Notes under the pieces: generated by a model
Told to the model about the DNA's origin: nothing
Databases searched by the model: none
What the model saw: the letters and a program-made list of their open reading frames with translations, nothing else
Position numbers and translations under genes: made by a program
NCBI RefSeq assembly: GCF_009914755.1
Contig: NC_060932.1
Reading direction: 5' to 3' (one strand)
From: the human T2T-CHM13v2.0 reference genome, Homo sapiens
DNA length: 64,000 nucleotides
Part shown: positions 41,996 to 56,533 of the stretch, one piece after another
Layout: every line of letters begins with the position of its first letter
Numbering within the stretch: the stretch's first letter is position 1

Positions 41996-42874
41996 GCTGA
42001 CTCAGTTACATGTGTATAAACTTGATATCAACCCATTTCTTAAAATAGGATTCTGTTGTAAACTGGGATTTTTGTTAACTCTTAATTAAATGGGGAGCAG
42101 GAATGATTCCTCAAATTATTTTAAGTCCTACTTCCCACTGTTTTTCCCAAATCACATTTTATAGCTTGAGAAACATGGTGAAATTATTTTTTAAGTTTGC
42201 CCTTGTTTTCCCTCCCCTGTCAGCACTGTGATGGATGTCCTCCCGAGCAGTGAAATGTCTAACAGTCAGGTTCACAATATCAACTCTGAAAGCTCTATAA
42301 TTTAGAAAGCCAGACCTTCAATTTTTGTAAGCTGATAGGATTGCTGAATCTTTCTCTTAGAGGGGGATTCTCTGATTAAACTATAAATTTGGTTTGGCGT
42401 TTTCAATGGAAAATTATGTAAATATTCCAATTATTGTCAAATGAATGTGATTTTTAATTCCTAAAGAAAATTATTTATTTGAAACTTAAGTTTGTTTCTC
42501 TTTTCTTATATTCTTGGCACTAGTAGATAAAACATGCCAGTTAGGGAACTGAAGCTATTCCCATGTTAAAACTGTTTGTAAGGATTTGAGGGTAATCTCT
42601 ATATTTGCATTGCTTATTTGACATGCTAGTTTCTCTGACTTTTTGCTGTCTGCCCCAGAAGACCAAGCTTTGTAGTCATGGTGTTATGTGAGATCTGAGA
42701 CTAAGCAATTGTGACATCGGGCTCTGTCCTCTGGCTAACTAGTTAGTGAATACTTCCTCCCTCATCACTGCTGGACAAGGAGACAGTTTTCCAGATAAAA
42801 GAATAATTCTTCAGGCAAGCGTAATGCTCACTCTGCCGGCCTCCTGAAATTTGCTGAAGCCATGTGTCCTAGGC

Positions 42875-44493
<1,619 letters not shown>

Positions 44494-46601
44494 ACCCTAG
44501 GCTATTTTGAAAACTAAGATGCAGTAACACTGTGGGAGAGGTGGGCTCGTGATGGATCCAGCAGCAAGAGAAGAATAAAGCAAGCTGTCTGAAACATTTG
44601 ACACCTCATGCAGCCTTCCCGTCAACTGAATCGTCCTCACATTGTAAGGCCCTTGAGGGCAGAAATATCATCATTGCCTGCGGTCACATGGACAGCAGTC
44701 TGTGCATGCCAGGGACACCCACAAAGAGAGGCTGAGCTTCTGCCTTACTCATCAGAACTGGCCCCATGTAGCCTCGGAATTCTCAGGGGAAGAGGGACAG
44801 GCTAACCGTAATGTATTTACTCTGAACACATTTAACAAAACAAGACGAGAATGAAGTTAGTGCCATCTCTTTTTCCAGATTAGATGACAGTAGTCGTAGC
44901 AGTGGCATTGCCCTAGTAGGAGCACTAGTGAACAAGGACCAAGGAAAAGCCAAAATTCAGCAAAGTTGTGGTCAGGTGACTGGACTTTGGCTGTAACTCT
45001 TTTTCCACCCAACTTGCATAACCTAATTCTGGAGCATATTATTCAATACCCTCCTGGGGAAATATTGTTAAATGTTATAAAAGAACTATTAGATAAGTAA
45101 GGCTCTTATTGAAAGCAGACTGGAAATTTTTTAGTCATTTACCTTAAAGGAATTTCAAATCTTCAGTTATGTATGATAATGTGAAAACAAGAGTAGTCCC
45201 AAAGTTTATTTTAAATATTACATTTCATTTATTTTGCTTTATTTATAAAAATTCCTAACGGTTATTGTAACAAAGGCTCCTTCTAAATAGAAAGGAAATA
45301 CAAAACTAGGTCAGTCTAGAGCAATTACCTGGATTATGCATGACTCTTTACATTTTTCCTATCACATAATAAGCAGTTAGTAGGTGTTAGCTGAAGTCTT
45401 AAATTTTATCATGACGATTACAGATAAGATTTTCCTTAAAGGAACGGGGCAAAATAATCAAGAAAAATTTTTGCATTAAATTTAAATAGTACAGAACTTA
45501 GTAATGTGACTTCTAAAGGAATTTACTACCCCTTCGCCCACCCCCACAAACTGTCACAGACACGGCAACAAAACATTATTATTACAGGCGAGTTATTGAG
45601 ACATGGACAAAGTTTTCAGTCCCAGTGTTTGTATGAGCCATTCGTGTATCTGTTGGAATGCTGCTACATGCTAGATGTCAGCACTGTCCAGAACAAATAT
45701 GAATGAGGTGTCATTCCTGTCTTCTGTCTCAGTTTTCTTACCTGTAAAATTAAATAATATGTCTACCTCAAATAATATATTTTGAGAATTAAAAGATTAT
45801 CTAAGTGCATTGTAAACTGAAAAGGACTTTTAAGAAACAGTAGTTTGAATCAAGAAGATGGACTAAGAGCCTATATCTGGTCCACCCACCCCTCCTTTTT
45901 AAAATCCCATGAAGTGACAGAAACAAGTTTTGAAAGATTCCTGAGAAAGAGGAAGTAGATGAAACCAAACCTCTGAAAAAAACAAAACCACACAAAACCC
46001 CATTCAAGAGAAGGGTGCTACAATGGTAGAGTGGCTTAGGGAAGATTTAACCCCCACATCAATGGCTATAAAGGATAGAAAGAAGCTCAGGGTGTTCTCA
46101 TAACTGATTGAAGAACTGTCTCTGAAACAGCAAGGCTAGTCTGCTCTGCCTCCAACTCAGTAGTTCTGAGTGCAGGGTAATGGTGTTGGATCCCAGAGTA
46201 AAGCTGTAACAATGCGAGGCCAAACCTCGGGTAGTCCCACCCTCTGGAGGACCCAGGAGCCCCCAGAGACAAAGCGTACGTTACTAGCACATCCCACCTA
46301 ATAGTATATTGTGTCCTTCTCCATAGCCACCAGAAGAAGCCTGTTTTAAATAAGGGGTAGCTTTTATACACAAGCAAACTGAGAACCTCAAAAGCAAAAA
46401 CTAACACATATCTAAAATTTATAAAGCATTTAAGAAACATCATACTCAACAAACTGGAAAACTAACACCTTGAATAAACAGCTCACAGAATAGAAAATGA
46501 TTATAAAATAAGTGACTAAATCTTAGATGGATAGGAAGACATAGCGTTCATAAAGTCCAAACCAGTTATAGAGTTGGGAATTTAGAAGTTAGTAGATGGC
46601 T

Positions 46602-46919
<318 letters not shown>

Positions 46920-46924
46920 GAAGT

Positions 46925-48250
46925 AGCTAGTGAGATAGGAAGGAAACCAGGAAGTATAACATCCTGGGAGCAAAGTGAAGAAAGTATGTCAAGGAAGAGG
47001 TGTAGTAATCAGCCACATCAGGTAGTTACTGATTGGTCACATAACATGTGGATGAGCATTGACCATTGAATTTAGCAACTTGAAGTTCAGTGGTTGCCTT
47101 GATAAGGGATGAAAAGTTTAAGAGGAGTAATGGTGGTGATTGCGATGAAGTTGAAAGGCTAACTGGTATAATCCTAGAAACTAAAAGAGAGGAAATCATA
47201 GAGAGTGGGATATATGAAGTTGAAGATTGAAGTTATTGCTAATGGCAAGATCCTAGAGTGTGACGTGGAGGGATTGGCTAAAGGAGGCCAGGTCAGTGGA
47301 CAAGAGGAGCCAGAAAGTTGAGAGGCCTGCGTATTTGAAGGATCATCCTCCCATATGCTGAAATCACCAGGACTCAGGACAGTGATGCTGTTGGGAGATT
47401 GAAAGCTGGGTGTTTGTTCAGAAGAGTGAAGCATGATGGTCTGGAAGAGGCAGAGGTGTCTGTACCTTAGGGGAGGGAGGAGTTAGCCACAAAAAGAAAA
47501 ATACTCTCCTTTCCTCTAGGCCCATTGTATTCAAGCCATTTTTGCATTGCCGTAAAGAAGTACCTGGGGCTGGGTAATTTGTAATGAAAAGAGGTTTAAT
47601 TGGCTCACAGTTCTGCAGGCTGTACAGGGCCTCAGGGAGCTGTTACTCATGGCAGAAGGCCAAGTGAGAGTGGGAGCGGAGAAAGAACAGGGTGGTGCCA
47701 CAGGCTTTTAAACAACCACATCTTGTGAACTGAGCAAGAACTCACTTATCACCGAGGGGATGTTGCTAAACCATTCATGAGGGATCTGCCCCCGATCCAG
47801 TCACCTCCCACCAGGCCCCACCTCCAACACGGGGGATTGCATTTCCACATGAGATTTGTAGGGGGACAGACATCCAAACCACATCACCCAGTGATATCTC
47901 GGCTGTGGGAGTTAAAGAAAAAAGTGGAGAGGGTTGCTGGGGAAGAATTGTCATTAGAGGTAAATCAAGTTTTCATTGAGCAAGAAACTTTCAAAGAAGA
48001 GATTGAGACTATATAAGGGATTTTTGCTAGTGATGGAGCATGAATTCCAGAGGGTGCAGTGACAGAATTGCAGGGGAGGGTAGGAGATGAGGACAGATGG
48101 GGGTATGCAGAATTTTAGGTGTGCTAAAGACAAAGAGCAACGTAGTGATTTAGAGCTTCCTGAGCTGACATAAATACAAGCAAAAGGCCTAATGAGATAG
48201 TTCCAGTGAATTTAAAGTAGAAATTGGTGGAGAGGCTCAAAGAGGTTGCA
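46925..48250 (-). mobile_element. L2 including ORF2 endonuclease relic, interrupted by an MST LTR
   Basis: ORF 47174-47434(-) contains GDFSIWEDDPSNTQASQ, resembling the L2 endonuclease GDFNIH.DDPSN.LASQ motif; boundaries approximate. Confidence 0.65.
47526..47886. mobile_element. MSTA/MSTB MaLR solo LTR
   Basis: TGTATT...AAGAGGTTTAATTGGCTCACAGTTCTGCAGGCTGTACAG...ACATCCAAACCACATCA; near-TSD CCCAT/CCCAG. Confidence 0.88.
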
Positions 48251-50648
48251 GGAGTAGAGGAAAGACAAATGTCAGGAGTTTCTTCTTAACCCCACTCATA
48301 GAGGTGGGATGACCTGGGGAAGGTCGACTTCATCCCACTTGAGTCCTTGCTCAGGGTTTGTGGTCTTCCTGTTGACCTCTGTAGATGTAGGGTAGAAGGC
48401 CTAAGTAGACATGAACTTGGTCTCAGTGCTATGATTTGTTCCTTGACACCTATCAGGAGAGGGACAGAGGGACATGCTGTCTCCTGATGTTAGGGGCTAT
48501 TTCTTGACTCAAGTTGATGGAATTGATGTAAACCTCTGGGAAATCCAGGAATGATGCTGAGCACGCCGGCTTCCTTTGACCCGTTGTAACGGGGTGGGTC
48601 ATGGAGAGAGGGTAGAGACATGGTCCTGGTGCCAGGAAGGGAAGCCCCCCTCTTGATCTGTTGAGAGAGGGGCCTCCCTGATCCCTTTGATGGAGTTGAG
48701 AAGTATTTGGCCTAATGTGTTTTCTTGCCTGTTATCAATATGAAAAGTTGTGTCCATAAATGAAGAGATTTTTAGTGTTTTTTCCCTTTGCCATATGTTG
48801 AGGTTTTAGTTTATCGCTGGGAAATAGGACATGTCTTTGGTTAATAGACATTTGAGGTACAAGAAACGAAATGCTGTGAAAGCAATTCAGATGGAACTGA
48901 CAGGTATGAGAATGGGGCCCAGCTGCTCCCAGCTCCTCGGCTTGATGACAGTCTTGCAATAAATAATCAGAAACTGGGTGAAATGATAGCAAATGTCAGT
49001 TTTAAGTTTTCACTTGTCAAAACTAAGATTGTCTCATCACCAAACCATTGCTGGACCTAATCCTGCTACCTTTTATCTTCTTGTGCATTAAAAAACATTC
49101 TTTACCCTCATTTTTATTATGCTGAACTGTGTTATAGCACCTCACAGTAAATTTCCAGTCTATGCTCATGTTCATCACTGCTCCCTTCATTTAATAAAGG
49201 AGGTTTAGTTTGGTCAGAAAGGAGTTGTTAACTCTTCTGTTTATTAGTCACAGGACCTGTCATTTACAGTTCCAAGTTAAACAATTGGGAACTGTCTCAG
49301 TCAAGGAAATCCCTTTCAGTTTTATGGTGAGGTTACTCATTTATCTGTGCAACAGAGATAAAATTCTCAAGAACATCAAGGTTGTATTTGTCTGAGGAGC
49401 CATTATGATGTAACTTCTGACCCTTGGAAAGAAGACTGAGGTTCATTTAATTTAGCACTGAGTTTCCAAGAAGCATTTGCCAGTTTATTTTCAACAAAAT
49501 GAGAAATTATGTTGACTACTGTGGAGCTAGATGCTGTGAAAGAGCCATGGAAGATGTTAGAGCTGCCAGGAGACCTGAGCGGCGTCTAGACCAGCCCCTG
49601 ATTTGGCAGATGAACAGGAAGACTCCCACGTGGAAGCCACACTCCCAAGGTGGCACTGCGGGTAAAGGCCCAGGCCTTGACTGACAGCTGGCAGACATTT
49701 TTGTCAAAAGCTTTAATTGAGTCTCAATTTCAATTCTCAAGACAAGAGAAATATTCTATTAATACTTTAATAGCATTCTCATATTTAAAGCTATCATATC
49801 TTAAGCAGGAAAGCCGTGTTTTTTCTTTTGTTGTTAGTTTCTGCTGGTTTATTATCTTTTTGAATATGAAAATTGATCTGCTCTCTTTTCAGTTAGTCCC
49901 TCTTCTTCTCACCATAACTGTATATTATTCCGTGAGGGAAAATTAGGACTACAGAAAGGAAGCCAGAGAGAGACTAAGGCAGTCACAGATCACTATGATC
50001 ATGTGGCAGCATGTTTCATGTGGGCCCGACTTCTGTTTCTGAGCATGAGGAAGGATCATTAAAGCCCTAGGGAGAGCAAACAAGAGAAGTTCTGGAAGAG
50101 CAAAGGCCATGTCAAAGTGGGAACCAATCACATAAGGTGTCCACCCGTGGTGAGCAAAAGCCACCTGTAGCATTTGTGTTCAGCACATAGCAGTGGTAGT
50201 GTTCTGAGCTTTGAGTGTAGGTGCTGCCACTTATAAGTTGAGTGACCCTGGGCAGATGGCTCAGCTTGGGCCTCAGCTGCCTCGTCTATAAAAGCATAGA
50301 GTTTTTTTAGATTAGGTGAGCTCATGCACATGAGAAGTTGTCAGTAGGGCAGTGGTGTAGCTCACAATAGTTGCATTCCTCTCACACTCGTTTTTCTTCT
50401 AAATTTTTTTAGGAATGCCAGCCCTTAATTTGAAGACCATTTTTTAAAACTCTGTAGCTACATGTACCTCTGTGGAAAAATTGCACATTGCTACTTGGTA
50501 TATTAGGTCAGCTGTAGTAGTGACTATTCTGTAATGTGTTAAGCCAGCGGAGCTTAACACAGCCCATTTCAGAGAGCTTATTTTATACAGAGAGCTCAAA
50601 TCATAACCTCCGTGTTACACCGTATTTAATTAGCTTGTAAGGATATGA

Positions 50649-51028
<380 letters not shown>

Positions 51029-52994
51029 TGGTCCAGGCATTTTTCATCAATACTTACTATATTTGATTGAACTGCTTGTTGACACCTAGATTTTCCAACC
51101 TGTTTCCTGCCTCTGCTTTGCATATTCTGTTTCTTCTGCCTGGAAGACCCTTGCTGCCATTGCCTCTGTCCATTCCTTCTCCACCTGTCTTCACCTTCAC
51201 CCTCAGAACACTGTGCAAGCACTGCATGCTCCAAGCCATTCATGACACACTACACTAGAGTGATGGAGGTGCCCCTTCTCCGTATACCCACTTAACATAT
51301 GTAACGTGAGGGTTTCCTCCAGGCCAAAAGAATGAGAACCAGGGCATGCTGTCGTGGGAAACCAACCTCACTCAGGGATACCAGCAAGGTTCTCTTTGGA
51401 AGTGGCATTTAGGTTAAGGGCTTGAGTTGGAAATAGCCTGGAGGACAGGAGAGAAGGGCCTTCTGGCAGAAAGAGTAGCAAATATAAAAACTCATGCCCA
51501 CATGTTTGAGATAAAAAGGAACATAGCTCCATTGCTTACACTTTTCTCATAGGAATGGCCATGCTGTGCCGTAGTCATTAAATGTGATGATTAGTCTCTG
51601 GTGTCATTTTCCTGAGAAAGAAAACGTGGGGGAAAAACTCCGTGTGGTTGTGACCACAAGTCTGGCCTGTGTAGTCACAGAGATTCAGTTATACTGTTCT
51701 CCATGCAATTTAGCCTGGCTTCTTAGCTCTTCTGGTCTGCAGTATCCTTATCTGTCAAATGGGTATGGCAGTTTTACTATCCGAGGCCGGGGGTGATGTG
51801 GGATCTCAGCGGCTGGTGTTCAGTAGACATTCACAGCAAGCATCTGTGCTCCTCAAACTGTGACTTCCTGAGGTGTTAAACATCTGAGCTGGATCATTTT
51901 CCATTTTGATTAGAAACCTCTTGATTGTATGAAATTGGAAGAATGGGGATGTTTATTTCCATGACAGTCTAAGATAACAAATTCAGGATGGTGGTTTCCC
52001 TACAAAATGGAGTGGGAAAGAGGAAAGCCTGAGAGGGTACATGGAAACTCTTTCTCAAATACTCAGAATGGTTATGGCTGAGTAATCTAGACTTTTCACA
52101 AGTCTATTCCTGTAAAAAATTATTCCTAGTTCAAATACATTGTATATATGTAGGCTGTTTTGCATCATCTGCAAAATGGCAGTGAGAACTCTTCCCTCTT
52201 GCTGTCAGTGATGGCTCTTTCCTCGTGCTCTCTCAAGGATGTTGTACATTGGAACGTGGATTTGCCTGTACTTTGAAAAGATCCTTGGCCTCATGTAACC
52301 AGACTTGTGACTGGACTGCAGAGATCCATTTCCCTGCTCTCCTGTCCCATGTGGCCATGGCTGCTGAGTCCTCTTTTCCCAGCAGCTTCCGGATGGTGAT
52401 GCAACAGTGCCGGTCAAAGAAAACATTTCATCTGGGCATTTGTTTTTAATGTACTATAAAGTACAGCACCCACAATTCATGCAGCACCAGGTTCTCTGGT
52501 AGACGAGGGTGTAAGAAGAAATAAAGTCTTTGCCTTCTGTAAACATCCCATCTATTGGAAAGGAGGTGTTTACCTCCTCCCCCACTCCCACAGTGCCTTG
52601 CACAGGCCCAGCCCTAGCTCTTGGCACACTGGGCTAGAATTGTCCACACACATCCTCCCTCTCCGCAGACTCCCAGTCTTCCCAGGTCAGGTGCTGTCTT
52701 TGTATTCCCTCGTGCACTTTTAGGCACTTACTGTGTGTTGCGTGGCCAATTGTTGTGGTTAAAATGTCGAAACATATTTATTATGTATTAAAATTAGGGA
52801 GCTAGACAAGGGTCCTTTGATAATCCCAAAGTTGACACTTCTGCTTTAGAACTCTGTGATCTCGGTGGGAATTTCTTTGAATTTTCAGTCCTGCCCTTCA
52901 TTAGTTGTCTTTAAGTTTTACAATACGTTATTGAATACTGTTGAAACTCACAGCCAGATGATTTTGTCCTTTGTTTTGTTTTGATCACTTGCAG

Positions 52995-53053
52995 TGGTGC
53001 TGATTACTATGATTACGGACATGGACTCAGTGAGGAGACTTATGATTCCTACG
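52995..53053 (+). CDS. KHDRBS3: KHDRBS3 penultimate coding exon (probably exon 8; 59 nt, phase 2 to 1)
   Basis: T-rich tract, cttgcAG|TGGT...TACG|GTgagt; encodes (S)[19 protein letters not shown](G), in frame with both neighbours. Confidence 0.96.
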
Positions 53054-54925
53054 GTGAGTGACTGGCCAGAGCATGTGAAGAGAGGGAGGAGAGATGGCCG
53101 TAGAAAGACCTTAAAGATATTAATGGGAAGAGAATAAGGACATTTGGACTCTGAAACAGCAGCTTCCTGTCAATTCATTTGTGCATGTCTAGCTATTTTT
53201 AGGGCTCCTTTATTATATAAATATTTGAAGAGGACTAAAGACTTGCTGAAGATTGCATGAATCCAGATTCTGAACTTAAATTTTATGTTTGAGTTGGTCG
53301 CCGTGTGCTGATTTTCTCACAGAGTAGTTTTTCAAACTTCAGACACTTGATAGCTGGGTCTTTTTGAAGTGTCTTTGTTTCCTGACAGTGAAGGGAAATG
53401 AAGCAATTGAGACTACAGCTCTAAAGTGATTCTCCCACCTTCATCTTTATGTTTTAATTCATTTCCAATCTCAAACCCTCTGAAAAAAATTACACTGGGA
53501 GTCATTTCATAAAGGTTACAAAAGCACTGAGCCAAGGAGGAGATACAGGGTCTGTAAGCTTTACAAAGGGCAGCAGCTAAACCCCTCTTAATTCAGTGGA
53601 GCTGGTAGAGATGCTGGGGACTTCATGTCCAAAGTCTCACTATGCAGAACGATGACAGGTTTAATAATTAAAAGAATTGGCGGCAGCAACATAATGGTAG
53701 TAAGAAGAGCCCTTGCCGCAGGGCAAGGAGATCAGAGAACATGAAGCTTCAATCAGTTGCAAAGCTCTGATGAATCCCTGGTACCCGGTGCAAGTATATC
53801 AGGATTGTGGTTAATGGATGTTAGGACATTTCTCTTAACAGAACGGAAAAACCATTTTCCGGCGTTAAACCTTTTGAAGTGCATTTTGTTGTATCACCTG
53901 CCTGAAGCTGTGATGGCTGCACCTTGGATTTTTTTTTTTTTTTTTTTTTTTTTTTGTTATCCGTAACAAACACTTAAGAGAAATATGTTGGTTTGCTGAA
54001 TGCAGGCTACCTAAATTGATGCAAGTTAGCTTGAGGGAGTGACGTTGATTGCATGTTTTGTATCAAAAGAAGAGGTCATTTTAAGCATTTTTCCTTCACA
54101 GCTTTTTAAATTGGTCTCTGTGGACACATGGCTTTTAAATTGCTGTATGTTGCAGCAGGGATGTTAACTGTTTGATGTCCAAGACTTATAGATAACTCAT
54201 TAAAAGTTATCTTCAGGCTGAACAGGTGTTTAATTTCAGGAGATAAAGATGATAGAATGTCCCTGGTTATTAATACCTTTGTCCAGTACGGATTTAGCAT
54301 TATGATGAATGAAATCTGACATTATGTCGTTAAATTCATTTCATATTCATGAAGTGCTATTGAGAAGTGAAGTTCAACCCAATGCAACTTTCCTTCAGTC
54401 TTTCCGTGAAAGCGCCTGTGAAAAATGAGGTCATATTTCCCTTTCTCAGTCTGCCCCTTCCCGTTTTGCTCTCCGGTTTTCTTCTTTGTCTTCACAGATG
54501 TTTACCTATGTTTTTTCTTTGTTTTTGCTGTTGGAAGACATCTAAGTGATCCTTTTCCCATTCTCTTTTTCACTCATAAATGTCCTGATGTTTAGCAAAA
54601 GGCAGTTCTCTTTGCTACTTGAGCTTGTAAACTGTTGTTAAATGAGTAACCAAAAGGAAAGTCCTTGCGAAGTTGGTTACCATTTCAGATACAAGAACCG
54701 TTTATCTTCCCACGCTGACGAATTTTGCGAGTGAGATGATTATTTTTCCTTGTGTTTGTAATTTATTTAAGTAAATTCCTTGTTTGTTTTTCTTTTCAGT
54801 ACACCAGGGGTATATATTTTCAATATGACATGTACCTTTGGTTCAGGGCTAAGTTAGAGTCTGAAAAATGAAGCCTGTGGGATTCATGGCAGTGATCTAA
54901 TTGTGATTCATCTTACTGATTGTAG

Positions 54926-55017
54926 GGCAAGAAGAGTGGACTAACTCAAGACACAAGGCACCTTCAGCGAGGACAGCAAAGGGCGTCTACAGAGACCAGC
55001 CATATGGCAGATACTGA
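54926..55017 (+). CDS. KHDRBS3: KHDRBS3 last coding exon (probably exon 9), C-terminus with PY-type NLS
   Basis: ttgtAG|GGCAA...; encodes (G)[29 protein letters not shown] then TGA at 55015-55017; the RxxPYGRY end is typical of the Sam68/SLM family. Confidence 0.97.
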
Positions 55018-55550
55018 TTGTACTGTCTGATGTTGTGAAATAGCCAATCTCCACCAGTCCTGTATACTGTTCAAAGTAATTTTTTTCTATGAACAATCCC
55101 TTTTTAAATAAATCAAAATGCTTAAAATCTGAATGGATGGAACTTAAAACTACTTTGTTGAAACATCAACCTGGGCAGAAAAAAAAAAAAAAAAAGACAT
55201 GTAAAATTTTGTTATTTCCAGTCTGTATATGAAAAAATAGGTCATCAAAAGGAAAAAAAATAACTTTGATTAACTAGTGTTAAACAAAAAATAGGTTTAC
55301 TAAATATGTTAATCTATTCTTTTAACATAAGCCTCACCTTTCATTTTAAAGGTTTCCATAGAATTTAGTTATTTTATCTTTCAGCCATATGCTAGTTTTT
55401 TTTTCTCTTGCCAACATGCGTAAAAAGGGAAGCCAATTACAAGTGCAAATAATGTGGTATTCTTTTGTAACTCAAGTCTTGAAATGTTCTGTAGTGTTAA
55501 GCAAAGTCTCCTCTTGCTTGATACTAAATAAACTTTTGAAAGAAATTTTG
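55018..55550 (+). other. KHDRBS3: KHDRBS3 3' UTR (end approximate)
   Basis: AT-rich, repeat-free sequence between the stop codon and AATAAA 55527 with its downstream GU-rich element. Confidence 0.8.
55107..55112 (+). terminator. Possible proximal poly(A) signal
   Basis: AATAAA 90 nt after the stop codon; no clear GU-rich element downstream. Confidence 0.35.
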
Positions 55551-55558
55551 TGTGTGTG
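55527..55558 (+). terminator. Main polyadenylation signal with downstream U/GU-rich element
   Basis: AATAAA at 55527-55532 then TTTTGTGTGTGTG about 14 nt later; upstream TGTA motifs. Confidence 0.75.
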
Positions 55559-56474
55559 AGCTAACAATTTCATGGGTTTTTTTTTATTTAAAAAGGCCTT
55601 CATAAATAGTTGTAAACAGGGAAAGAATTCATTTAACAATGCTTGTCATAAAAGGGTCACACTAAACATTGTACAACTTATTTTAAAAATGGTATAAAAT
55701 TAAATGTACCATTATATACTCACCATAGATTTAAATGCTGTTTAAAGAGTCCAAATGGTATCGAGCTGCTTGAGTGGCACGTTAAACTACGCAAAACCAA
55801 ATCTTGTTTAAAAACTGGTTTTAAAATAACTACTGGATTTTCTGAAAAAGATGTGATCAGTTTTCATCTTGTTGAGCGTTTTTTCACTAGTGCAACTTTG
55901 GATTTTTTATGAGAATTTTGGTACCTTAATGAACACCTCGCTCCATGCTGGAAGCACTAAGCACAAAGCTTTTAAAGACTTTCTGGCTTGACTAATTGAG
56001 GTCGCACTCGCCAAGGCTGAGGATGTGTAACCCTTAAACGGTCTTCATTTTCAAAGGTAAATAAATCAAATAAGATTTTAATCTCACTTAATTTATCTTA
56101 ATATAACTAATAAAACCAGGAAGATTACAACTTAGCAAGTTTCATTATCCATTTTAGAAAAGTTTTAAGATCACCTAAATTCTCATTTTAAAAAGTTTAA
56201 TTTGTTTTAGTAATCTAAAAAGCCTTAGTTTAGTCAGTTTAATTGGGGCCAATTACTCCCTATTAAACAACTGTAAAACCTCATAACTAGTTATTTGTAA
56301 TACATTATTTGGTTAGTAATTGAGGGCACTTCTTAAAACTGACAAATATTTAATAAAGTTTATTCTTTAATCATTAAGCTTTTTTAATTGTAGATTGTGT
56401 AAAATGTTTAATTTTTATTTCTTGGGGGATTTTTTTCTGTTTATGTTGAGTAAAAAGGTCTTTTCTTTTGTTAG

Positions 56475-56533
56475 GAAATGTCAGCCATCTTGGAATGTCA
56501 CAGGAACTGGTTGAACACCTGAAGCAAACAAAG
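56475..56533 (+). other. Candidate alternative downstream KHDRBS3 exon (59 nt)
   Basis: tcttttcttttgttAG|GAAATG...ACAAAG|GTAAGT: strong acceptor and perfect consensus donor in unique sequence. Confidence 0.7.

Noticed and set aside
55178-55195. A-run in the 3'UTR as a transcript end or retro-insertion tail
   Set aside because: Genomic A tract with no TSD or element; a likely oligo-dT internal priming artefact site
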